Under the pieces are notes generated by a model. It was given only the letters and a program-made list of their open reading frames with translations, was not told where the DNA came from and ran no database searches. Both the position numbers and the translations under genes were made by a program. Positions 8,069-16,010 of a DNA stretch of 64,000 nucleotides are shown here, one piece after another. Where the stretch lies: assembly GCA_035700225.1 (NCBI GenBank), contig DASSOT010000003.1:111-64110 (forward strand). The letters run 5' to 3'. Origin of the DNA: Candidatus Saccharimonadales bacterium. GTDB lineage: Bacteria > Patescibacteriota > Saccharimonadia > Saccharimonadales > 2-12-FULL-41-12. How positions within the stretch are numbered: the stretch's first letter is position 1; every line of letters starts with the position of its first letter.

Positions 8069-9721
8069 TTACATGCCCATCATGCCGCCCATGTCTGGAG
8101 CTCCGCCGCCGGCTGGAGGTGTATTCTCCGGAACTTCAGCGACAAGTGCGCCCATGGTTATAGCCGTACCGGCTATAGAAACGGCGTTTTGGATGGCTTC
8201 CTTGGTTACACGGGTCGGATCAACCACGCCGCTGGCCTTGAGGTCGACCAGCTTATCGGGACTGCTTACGTCTATACCCTGTCCGGCTTTGGCCTTGCGT
8301 ACCTGGGGTAGCCATTCGTCAGGATTAAGGCCGGCATTTTCCAGCAATATGCGGAAGGGTTGCTCAAAGGCCCTAAACAGCAGGCTCTGGCCCGCTAAGA
8401 CAGATGCGTTTTCATTTGTCAGGGGCTTGATAGCGAATATCAGATTGACCAATGTCACGCCGCCGCCGGGGACGATTCCTTCGTCCAGCGCCGCTTTGAC
8501 CGCCGCTACAGCGTCATCGACACGGTATTTCTTCTCTTCTATCTCGGTTTCGGTAGCGCCGCCGACTTTGATGACGGCAACCTTGCCCTGAAGCGCCGCG
8601 CGCCTTTTTTCAAGGTTTTCTTTGTCGTATTCGCTGGTAGCGGCCGCGATTTGCGCGTTTATCTGCTCGATGCGCGCTTTAAGCTCCGCGGAAGAACCGC
8701 CGCCTTCGATGATGGTGGTGTTGTCCTTATCGACGATGACTTTTCGCGCCGTACCGATGACATCGAGGTCTACATTTTCAAAAGTCATGCCGCGGTCTTC
8801 GCTGATGACATCGCCGCCGGTGAGGATAGCGATATCAGTCAGGATATCCTTGCGCCTGTCGCCGAAGGCCGGGGCTTTGACACAGACCGCGTTCAATACG
8901 CCTTTAAGCTTGTTCAACACCAGCGTGCCGAGTATCTCGCCCTCTACGTCTTCCGCGATTATTATCAGGTCTTTTTTGCCGGCTTGGGCCAATTTCTCAA
9001 GGATAGGCAAGAATTCCTGGGTGCCGGAAATTTTCTTGTCGGTTATCAGGATGGCCGGTTTTTCTACCACAGCCTCCATGCGGGTCGTGTCGGTCACCAT
9101 GTATGGGCTGACGAAACCGCGGTCGAAGGTGAAGCCTTCTACCACTTCGCTTTCCAGCTCCAGGCTCTGGCCTTCTTCAACCGTCACCACGCCGTCTTTG
9201 CCGACCTTGTCGATGACATCGGCGATTAACGCACCGATTTCAGAGTCGCCTGCCGAGATGGTAGCGACTTCCGCTACGCGTTTTTTGTTAGCTTTGATGT
9301 CTTCGCTTATCGTAGCCAGCTTGGCCAGTACTTCCTGAGCGGCTTTTTCCAGTCCGCGCCGCAACTGCATCGGGTCGTGCCCGGCGGCAATCAGCTTGTT
9401 GGCTTCGCTTAAGATATGGTAAGTAAGCACGGTCACGGTCGTGGTGCCATCGCCGGCTACGTCGTTCATCTTGTTTGCGGCCTGCTTGATGAGCTCTGCA
9501 CCCACTTTGTAGCCGAGTGTTTCATCATCGACATCCTCAAGCTCCACGCCTTTGGCTACCGTCACGCCGTCATGGGTAACCGTAGGACTGCCGTAGCTTT
9601 TGCTGATGACCACATTGCGCCCTTTCGGCCCCATGGTAGTCTTTACGGCGTTATATAAGATTTCTGCGCCGCCCAGAATCCTCCGGCGGGCATCTTCATC
9701 ATAAAAAACTTTCTTTGACAT
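8069..9721 (-). CDS. groL: Chaperonin GroEL
   Basis: GPKGRNV, AGDGTTT and GGM-rich tail. Confidence 0.98.
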   Translation of the reverse strand: MSKKVFYDEDARRRILGGAEILYNAVKTTMGPKGRNVVISKSYGSPTVTHDGVTVAKGVELEDVDDETLGYKVGAELIKQAANKMNDVAGDGTTTVTVLTYHILSEANKLIAAGHDPMQLRRGLEKAAQEVLAKLATISEDIKANKKRVAEVATISAGDSEIGALIADVIDKVGKDGVVTVEEGQSLELESEVVEGFTFDRGFVSPYMVTDTTRMEAVVEKPAILITDKKISGTQEFLPILEKLAQAGKKDLIIIAEDVEGEILGTLVLNKLKGVLNAVCVKAPAFGDRRKDILTDIAILTGGDVISEDRGMTFENVDLDVIGTARKVIVDKDNTTIIEGGGSSAELKARIEQINAQIAAATSEYDKENLEKRRAALQGKVAVIKVGGATETEIEEKKYRVDDAVAAVKAALDEGIVPGGGVTLVNLIFAIKPLTNENASVLAGQSLLFRAFEQPFRILLENAGLNPDEWLPQVRKAKAGQGIDVSSPDKLVDLKASGVVDPTRVTKEAIQNAVSIAGTAITMGALVAEVPENTPPAGGGAPDMGGMMGM

Positions 9722-9767
9722 AGATTTTCCTTTCCTCTCTACAATCTACTAACTACTATCTGCTATG

Positions 9768-10034
9768 TTATTTAACCGTTGCCAGAATATCTTCTTCTTT
9801 AACCAGTATGTATTCTTTGCCGTCTATTTTTACGTCGTTGGTGCTATAACCTTTGTAAAGGATACGGTCGCCAACCTTTATCTGTTGTACTGCTTTGCCG
9901 ACGGCAGAAACCTTAGCTATCTTCGGTTTCTCAGTAGCGTTGTCCGGCAGATAGATACCGCTGGCTGTCTTGGTCTGGGCCGCAGGGGTTTCGGCCACAA
10001 CGTAATCACCCAGAGGGTTGATGGGGACACTCAT
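9768..10034 (-). CDS. groS: Co-chaperonin GroES
   Basis: PLGDYV, KTASGIYLP and EEDILA; directly upstream of groEL. Confidence 0.96.
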   Translation of the reverse strand: MSVPINPLGDYVVAETPAAQTKTASGIYLPDNATEKPKIAKVSAVGKAVQQIKVGDRILYKGYSTNDVKIDGKEYILVKEEDILATVK

Positions 10035-10094
10035 ATAGGGAACCTCCTTCGTTATGTTTTTTCACAGATGTTACCTCGCAAATAACACCTGCTG

Positions 10095-10121
10095 TTAGCA
10101 CTCACTATATATGAGTGCTAA
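10095..10121. promoter_or_regulatory. CIRCE element (HrcA operator)
   Basis: Exact TTAGCACTC-N9-GAGTGCTAA upstream of groES. Confidence 0.97.
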
Positions 10122-10153
10122 ATTTTCTGTCAAGAGGTTCTTGTGATGTGAGC

Positions 10154-10900
10154 CTATGCGCGGTACTGGTCGATGACGTTGATAGTGTAATTCGAGCCTG
10201 CTACGGGCGTACTTAGCCTTTCGACCAGAGCATTGCGTGGCTCCCAGTCGGTCAAGTATTTCGCCGGGTCTTTACCGCCGGCTTCAATGGCTCCCGCCAG
10301 CACATCATGAGCATGATCGTAAAGTGCCGGAACTTCGCCTTTGGCTTCTGCTATGCCGGCCTCTCCCATGTATGATTTCAGACGTTGTGCTCGGGCCGGG
10401 TCTATATCGGGGTAATCTATTATATCTTCGGCCGTTACTCCGCTGTCTATCCTATCCATCAGGATGAAAGTCTTCGGTTCCTGCTTATCAGGCCTGGCAT
10501 GAAGCGCATAGTGCACCGGCAGGTTCAACCAGCGCGGCAGACCGTGCTCCATGAAACTGTTGATTTCGTCCATGCGCGTAAGTTCGCTTAAAGCCCCGTA
10601 CACTCCGGATATACCGATTCTTTCCCTTACCGCATAGGGTCCCATACTATAAACGACCGCTTCCTTGCCGCGCCCCAGCTCTTTCCGTATATTAGGGTCT
10701 TCGCCAAGCAGGGCTATACTACCCAGTTCAACCGCCCGGTATCTGTCTACCAGACTGCGCAGTTCATCTTTTTTGTCGCCTTTGAGCAAATCCTGACCGG
10801 CGCTGGTAAGGATGGTGTATCTCCTTATATCCGCAGGATCTTCATAGACTTCCCATCGTGCGCCGTCCGGCTGTTCAGTTGTAAAGTTAGGCTTTCGCAT
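10154..10900 (-). CDS. Hypothetical protein, probable atypical kinase fold
   Basis: LGRGKEAVVY (Gly loop), ILMDRI (hinge), TDWEPRN (catalytic-loop-like) and terminal VID. Confidence 0.6.
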   Translation of the reverse strand: MRKPNFTTEQPDGARWEVYEDPADIRRYTILTSAGQDLLKGDKKDELRSLVDRYRAVELGSIALLGEDPNIRKELGRGKEAVVYSMGPYAVRERIGISGVYGALSELTRMDEINSFMEHGLPRWLNLPVHYALHARPDKQEPKTFILMDRIDSGVTAEDIIDYPDIDPARAQRLKSYMGEAGIAEAKGEVPALYDHAHDVLAGAIEAGGKDPAKYLTDWEPRNALVERLSTPVAGSNYTINVIDQYRA

Positions 10901-10948
10901 ATCTATTGCTTAATTATACACTTTTTTTGCGTAAAAAGCAATAGGATT

Positions 10949-12232
10949 TTATATATTTTTAAGGAGTTCCCTGGCAACCTTCTGGTCGCTCCACGGCACC
11001 AGCCTGCCTCCCATGTTCCTGCTATCCTCGTGCCCCAACCCTGTTATCAGGACAGAGTCGTCCTTGCCGGCATCCATAAACGCCTGTTTCATCGCCTCTT
11101 TCCTGTCCGGGATGACCTTTGTCTTCCCCGCTCCTTTCGCACCTCTGATGCCTGACATGACCGCCTCTCTGATTTTTTGCGGGTCCTCGGTGTAGGTTTC
11201 ATCGTCGGTCAGATAGATTGCATCCGCCAGCTTGGCGGCAACCCGGCCCATATCCGGACGTTTTTCCCTGTCACGGTCGCCCGTCGCGCCGAAAACTACC
11301 CTGACCTTGCCCTTCGAAATCTTCTTCAGCGCCGTAAGGGCTTTTTCAATGGCATCAGGCGTTATGGCAAAGTCTACGAATACCCGGAAATCCTGCCTCG
11401 CGCTAATCTCTTCCATCCTCCCGGAAAGTTCCGCCAGGCTGTAAATTCCCTTCTTGATATCCTCCGGTTTGATTTCAAGCAAAAAACCGACGCCCACAGC
11501 GGCCGAAGCATTATAAACATTGAACTCGCCGGGCAGACGCGTGGCAATATCCAGCTTCTGTCCGCCATAAGTCAAGCGCGCGCTTGCACCCGAACCGTTA
11601 AGCTTTATCTCCGTTATCTTGATTTTGGCATTTTGCGCTTTGCCGTAAGGCACCACTTTGGCCGAAGAGCGCCCGCGGAAATATTCGAACCATTCGTCAT
11701 CGGCGTTAAGAAGCCCGTATTTTGCGCCGTAGTTCCTTAGCAGTAAGGATTTGGCCCGGGCGTAATTCTTCATCGTCTTGTGATAATCCAGGTGGTCCTG
11801 GGTCAGGTTGGTTATGAGGGCTATATCCACCTTCACGCCCATTATCCTGTCCTGGTCCAGCGCGTGGCTGGTGACTTCCAGGATTACATAATCAACCTTC
11901 GCTCTTTTAGCTCGCGCGAAAAATGACTGGACGATGGATTGTTTGTCCACGGTGAAATGAGTCGTGTTCGGCGTCTTTTTGCCGGCCACTTCGTAAAAAA
12001 CGGTGTTCAGGACCGCTGTTTTATACCCTGCGGCCTTCAATATCTCGTTTATGTAGCTGATGGTCGTGGTCTTGCCATTGGTTCCGGTTACCGCGATGAC
12101 ATGCATTCCGCGCGCCGGAAAGCCGTATCTGGCCTGCCAAAGCAGACCCCTGCTTTTGCGATATATCTTTTCAACCGCCCGCAGTAGCTCCGCAGGCAAC
12201 AAACTCCTTACCAGCTTTTTTATTTTCTGCAC
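10949..12232 (-). CDS. murE: UDP-MurNAc-tripeptide synthetase (MurE-family Mur ligase)
   Basis: VTGTNGKTT, LEVTSHALDQ, TNLTQDHLDYH, GRME and GDRDREKRP. Confidence 0.9.
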   Translation of the reverse strand: MQKIKKLVRSLLPAELLRAVEKIYRKSRGLLWQARYGFPARGMHVIAVTGTNGKTTTISYINEILKAAGYKTAVLNTVFYEVAGKKTPNTTHFTVDKQSIVQSFFARAKRAKVDYVILEVTSHALDQDRIMGVKVDIALITNLTQDHLDYHKTMKNYARAKSLLLRNYGAKYGLLNADDEWFEYFRGRSSAKVVPYGKAQNAKIKITEIKLNGSGASARLTYGGQKLDIATRLPGEFNVYNASAAVGVGFLLEIKPEDIKKGIYSLAELSGRMEEISARQDFRVFVDFAITPDAIEKALTALKKISKGKVRVVFGATGDRDREKRPDMGRVAAKLADAIYLTDDETYTEDPQKIREAVMSGIRGAKGAGKTKVIPDRKEAMKQAFMDAGKDDSVLITGLGHEDSRNMGGRLVPWSDQKVARELLKNI

Positions 12233-12295
12233 CTCTTAATCATAGCAATTCGCAGGAAGGCCGGGAAAAGCATTTAGTCTGCTAAACTGTTAAAC

Positions 12296-13363
12296 ATGAA
12301 AATTCTGGGGATAGAAACCAGTTGCGATGAAACCGCGGCGGCAGTCGTCGAGGATGGACGCAGACTGCTCTCGAACGTTGTGGCCAGCTCTATTGACCTG
12401 CATAAGGCCTACGGAGGCGTGGTCCCGGAAATAGCCGCCCGAAACCACATAGAGGTCATAAACCCTGTCATCAAACAAGCCCTGGAAGAAGCGGGCTCTA
12501 ACTGGAAAGATATCGATGGCATAGCCGTGACTTACGGTCCGGGGCTGGGCGGGAGCCTGCTCATCGGTGTACTCACCGCCAGAACGCTGGCTATTCTGCA
12601 CGATAAACCCCTGTATGCCGTAAACCATGTGCAGGCCCATCCGTTCGCCGCCTTCATCGACGAGGCCTCCCCTTCCCTGTCTTCTGCCTACGAAATGCCG
12701 GCTACCCCGCCGAAATTTCCGATTCTGGCTTTGATAGTCAGCGGCGGCCATACACAGCTCGTACTTTTCAAAAGCTATTTTGAATATGATGTATTGGGCC
12801 GTACCGGCGACGATGCTGTCGGCGAAGCTTTCGACAAGGTGGCCAAAATGCTCGGTCTTCCCTACCCCGGCGGACCCAGCGTGGAAAATCTGGCTCGCGA
12901 AGGAAACCCCTCAAAGCATAAATTCCCAAAAGCCCGGCTCGAGGGAAAATATGATTTTAGCTATTCCGGGCTCAAAACAGCCGTTCTAAGGGCCGCCCAG
13001 AAAGAAATAGGTGCGGATTACACCTTCCCCTCCCACGAGCTCTCAGGAAGGCTCGATAAGGCCCAGAAAGCGGATATTGCCGCAGGGTTTGCCCATATCG
13101 CCATAGAAATACTGGTAGACAAGACTTTGTCGGCCTATGAAGAGTTCGCTCCCGCCAGCGTTGTGGTCGCCGGCGGAGTATCGGCCAGCAAGGAGCTCAG
13201 GCGCCAGATGGCCAAGCGCCTGCCGGTAACTGCCTGCTTTCCTGATATCAAGCTTTGCACGGACAACGGCGCCATGATAGCGGTAGCGGGTTCATTCCTG
13301 GCCGCTGGCGGCAAGGCCGTTTCTGCGCACAAGCTGGATATCAACCCCGGATTGGCCATGTAA
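12296..13363 (+). CDS. tsaD: tRNA t6A biosynthesis protein TsaD
   Basis: ILGIETSCDET, GGVVPEIA, SGGHT, DDAVGEAFDK and CTDNGAMI. Confidence 0.96.
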   Translation: MKILGIETSCDETAAAVVEDGRRLLSNVVASSIDLHKAYGGVVPEIAARNHIEVINPVIKQALEEAGSNWKDIDGIAVTYGPGLGGSLLIGVLTARTLAILHDKPLYAVNHVQAHPFAAFIDEASPSLSSAYEMPATPPKFPILALIVSGGHTQLVLFKSYFEYDVLGRTGDDAVGEAFDKVAKMLGLPYPGGPSVENLAREGNPSKHKFPKARLEGKYDFSYSGLKTAVLRAAQKEIGADYTFPSHELSGRLDKAQKADIAAGFAHIAIEILVDKTLSAYEEFAPASVVVAGGVSASKELRRQMAKRLPVTACFPDIKLCTDNGAMIAVAGSFLAAGGKAVSAHKLDINPGLAM

Positions 13364-13431
13364 GCATGCCCGGTATTTGACCGGGCGGTGATACGGGAGT
13401 ATGTTAGTAAAACAAATAAGGGGTCTAAAGA

Positions 13432-14376
13432 ATGGCTACAGCCTTGACGCCTACGGGGCGCGGTGTTCCTACCATTACTTCCTCGCCTATTGAGGCGCTG
13501 GATAATGCGGGCGCGACCTGGTACGTCAAGGATGACCCGGGGCTGGAGCAGTTGGGCCAGCTTGATTTTCTGGATGATATCGGCTTGCCGGTGCCTGAAA
13601 GACTTTCGCCGGATGAAAACCATATGGCTGTCAGAAGCTCCGGCATTACTTTGAACGAGGCCGTTGCTAGCAATACTTTACCAGCCGGGCGGACCATACG
13701 CATGGCAGGCGTTCTGCTGGGAAAAACCCACGATTCCCTTGAGCGGGCCGAGGCCGAAGGCCTGGCCCCCGAAAAAACAGCCCCCGATTCTTCTACGACC
13801 GCCCACCCTGCCGCCAACTTCCACCACAGATTTGCCGAAGGAAAAAGCAGTTCGACCAACGCGATGTACGGCGATTTGCCCGAGAATGGCCTGGGGGTAA
13901 GAAGCAGTCTGCTGGAGCTGATAGAGCTTTTAGGCGAGCAGGAGATACCGGAATCCGTAGGCGGGGAAGATGAATTAAGTTATGGCGATTTCAAGCCGGA
14001 TAATCTGCTGTATGCCGCCGAATCCGGCCTGGTGTTGATAGACCCCCTCGTACACAGAGGAAGGCGGGTCAATGATTTTGCTAAGTTCTGTACGCGTTTC
14101 GCCATTGAGCCGACAGCTCCCGACAGCGATATAAGGACACAGTTGCAAGAAAGTTACCGGCAGGCTGGAGGGCAGGAATTCAGAGAGGGCGATGTAGCCT
14201 TGTCCGGCGCGCTCGACCTTGCCAACGTCATGTCAAGCTATCTGGGAAGGCTGGCTAAAGGTGATACAAGCTTTCGGATAGTCGGACATTTGAACAGCGA
14301 TACTGCCTACGCGGAGCGGGTAGAGGGCCTGGTTCGAGCCGCTTTGGCCGAAGTTGACCGGGGAGGCAGTGAATGA
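13432..14376 (+). CDS. APH/choline-kinase-like phosphotransferase
   Basis: YVK, YGDFKPDN, LIDP and DFAKF motifs. Confidence 0.7.
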   Translation: MATALTPTGRGVPTITSSPIEALDNAGATWYVKDDPGLEQLGQLDFLDDIGLPVPERLSPDENHMAVRSSGITLNEAVASNTLPAGRTIRMAGVLLGKTHDSLERAEAEGLAPEKTAPDSSTTAHPAANFHHRFAEGKSSSTNAMYGDLPENGLGVRSSLLELIELLGEQEIPESVGGEDELSYGDFKPDNLLYAAESGLVLIDPLVHRGRRVNDFAKFCTRFAIEPTAPDSDIRTQLQESYRQAGGQEFREGDVALSGALDLANVMSSYLGRLAKGDTSFRIVGHLNSDTAYAERVEGLVRAALAEVDRGGSE

Positions 14377-15791
14377 ACCGTTCGGAAAAAATGAAAATAT
14401 TGTCGGTAGGGTGCAATGTTGACAATGAACTGCTGAGTCAAGTTATGCCATATATCGAGCTTATACGGGTGAAAGATGCGGCGGAAATCAACGAAAGCCA
14501 CGAGGATGTCCGGGCGGTGATATGGAGCAATGCACAGTCACTGGGGGCGGGCGAACTTCAACGGCTTTCCAACCTGAGATACATAGTCAACTGGGGTACC
14601 AGCAGGGTGAATATTGCGCATGACGTCATGTACGACAAAAAATACGACCTGATGTTCATAGACGATTACTGCTGGCGCAGTGTGGCCGATTTCGCCATGA
14701 AACTTATATCCGACAGCGGCAGATATGAAGCAGGTAAAACCAAAGTCGGCATAATAGGTCTAGGCAAGGTGGGGTTCTCGCTGGCTCAACTGCTTTTGTC
14801 GAAAGGCACCGAAAGGATTTACTACACGGCGACTCAGGACAAGGAGCTTGAAAATATGATTTTCATGACGCAAAAACAGCTCCTGTCCGAGTGCGATATC
14901 GTAGTTGCCGCCACTTCTTCGCCCAAACGAATATCGCTGGCAGGCGTTGATAACCCCCGCCTGACTCTCATAAACCTATGCTGGAACAGTTTGTTTTCAG
15001 CCGCGGAGTTGGACAAGCTCCTGCTTGAGGGCAAGATAGGGAACTTTCTGAGCGACACCGAACCGATACAGCTGAAAAGCGGCAAAGCGAAGTTCTTCGG
15101 CCACATAGCCTACAGGTCGCCCGAATCTATCAGGAACAAACATAACAAGCTGGCGTATCTGGTAAAGATAATGCTGGCTAGAGACGGCAAGCTTCCGATA
15201 AACCTCTATTTTCTACGCCACGGCGAAACCGAGAAGAATAAAAAAGGCATATACCAGGGCAGGGAAGATTCGCCGCTTACCGAACTGGGCCGCAAACAAG
15301 CCGGGCGCTCGGCAGGTTTCCTAACCACAAGGCCTATTAAGTATGTCTTTACATCTCCACTGGGCAGGGCCAAAAGCACGGCGGACATATTGTCATCAAG
15401 TCTGGGCGTAAAACCCGAAGTATGTGACTTTCTGGCCGAACAGAACTTCGGAGCCCTGCAGGGCATGAAAAAGACCGCGGCGGGGCATAAGTACGAAAAC
15501 TTCCTTACCCGCAGAAAAGCCTCCGCCTGGTATAAGCTCTATACGCCGTACCCCGGAGGGGGAGAGAGTTATTTCGACGTATACAACAGGGTTCATGACC
15601 CGTATGTAGAGCTCCTCGCCGGGCTGGACGGCGACGCAGTGTTCGTGGGGCATGAAAGCGTCAACCGCATCCTGAGAGGAATTTCCAAATGCCGGGAACC
15701 GCTGGGCATGATAATGGACAGGCAGGATAACGACCAGATAGTGGAGCTCAAGCTCGCCGATTTAAGCGAGAAAGTCCATAGATTTGATTAA
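14373..15791 (+). CDS. Fusion of a D-2-hydroxyacid dehydrogenase-like domain and a histidine phosphatase domain
   Basis: KVGIIGLGKVG Rossmann motif and GHIAY; C-terminal LRHGET, TSPLGRA, EQNFG, GGES and VGH; ATGA overlap with the upstream kinase. Confidence 0.85.
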   Translation: MNRSEKMKILSVGCNVDNELLSQVMPYIELIRVKDAAEINESHEDVRAVIWSNAQSLGAGELQRLSNLRYIVNWGTSRVNIAHDVMYDKKYDLMFIDDYCWRSVADFAMKLISDSGRYEAGKTKVGIIGLGKVGFSLAQLLLSKGTERIYYTATQDKELENMIFMTQKQLLSECDIVVAATSSPKRISLAGVDNPRLTLINLCWNSLFSAAELDKLLLEGKIGNFLSDTEPIQLKSGKAKFFGHIAYRSPESIRNKHNKLAYLVKIMLARDGKLPINLYFLRHGETEKNKKGIYQGREDSPLTELGRKQAGRSAGFLTTRPIKYVFTSPLGRAKSTADILSSSLGVKPEVCDFLAEQNFGALQGMKKTAAGHKYENFLTRRKASAWYKLYTPYPGGGESYFDVYNRVHDPYVELLAGLDGDAVFVGHESVNRILRGISKCREPLGMIMDRQDNDQIVELKLADLSEKVHRFD

Positions 15792-15893
15792 TTTGCATAT
15801 TCATGTGAAACCAGAACATTTAGAGGAAGTTGCGTCAACATTATTATAATCATACAGAGGTGGTATACTATTATTTTAATGAGTACAGGCTAT

Positions 15894-15982
15894 CAATCAT
15901 CCATAAAATACAGACAGCTCTTTATGGGCGAGCTTCGCCCGGCCCGTGGCGTTTACGACTGTCTTTATTTCACGGATGATTG
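15894..15982 (+). promoter_or_regulatory. Structured 5' leader of valS
   Basis: CAATCATCC/GGATGATTG, AAATA/TATTT and AGACAG/CTGTCT stems with inner GGGCGA-GCT-TCGCCC; TGGTATACT extended -10 at 15861-15869. Confidence 0.55.
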
Positions 15983-16010
15983 CTTGGCAGAAAGGCGTGT
16001 CTGATATCCC

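Noticed and set aside
15857-15870. AGGTGGTA resembling a T-box upstream of valS
   Set aside because: It lacks the ACC-GCG continuation, stem I and terminator, and is better explained as an extended -10 (TGGTATACT)
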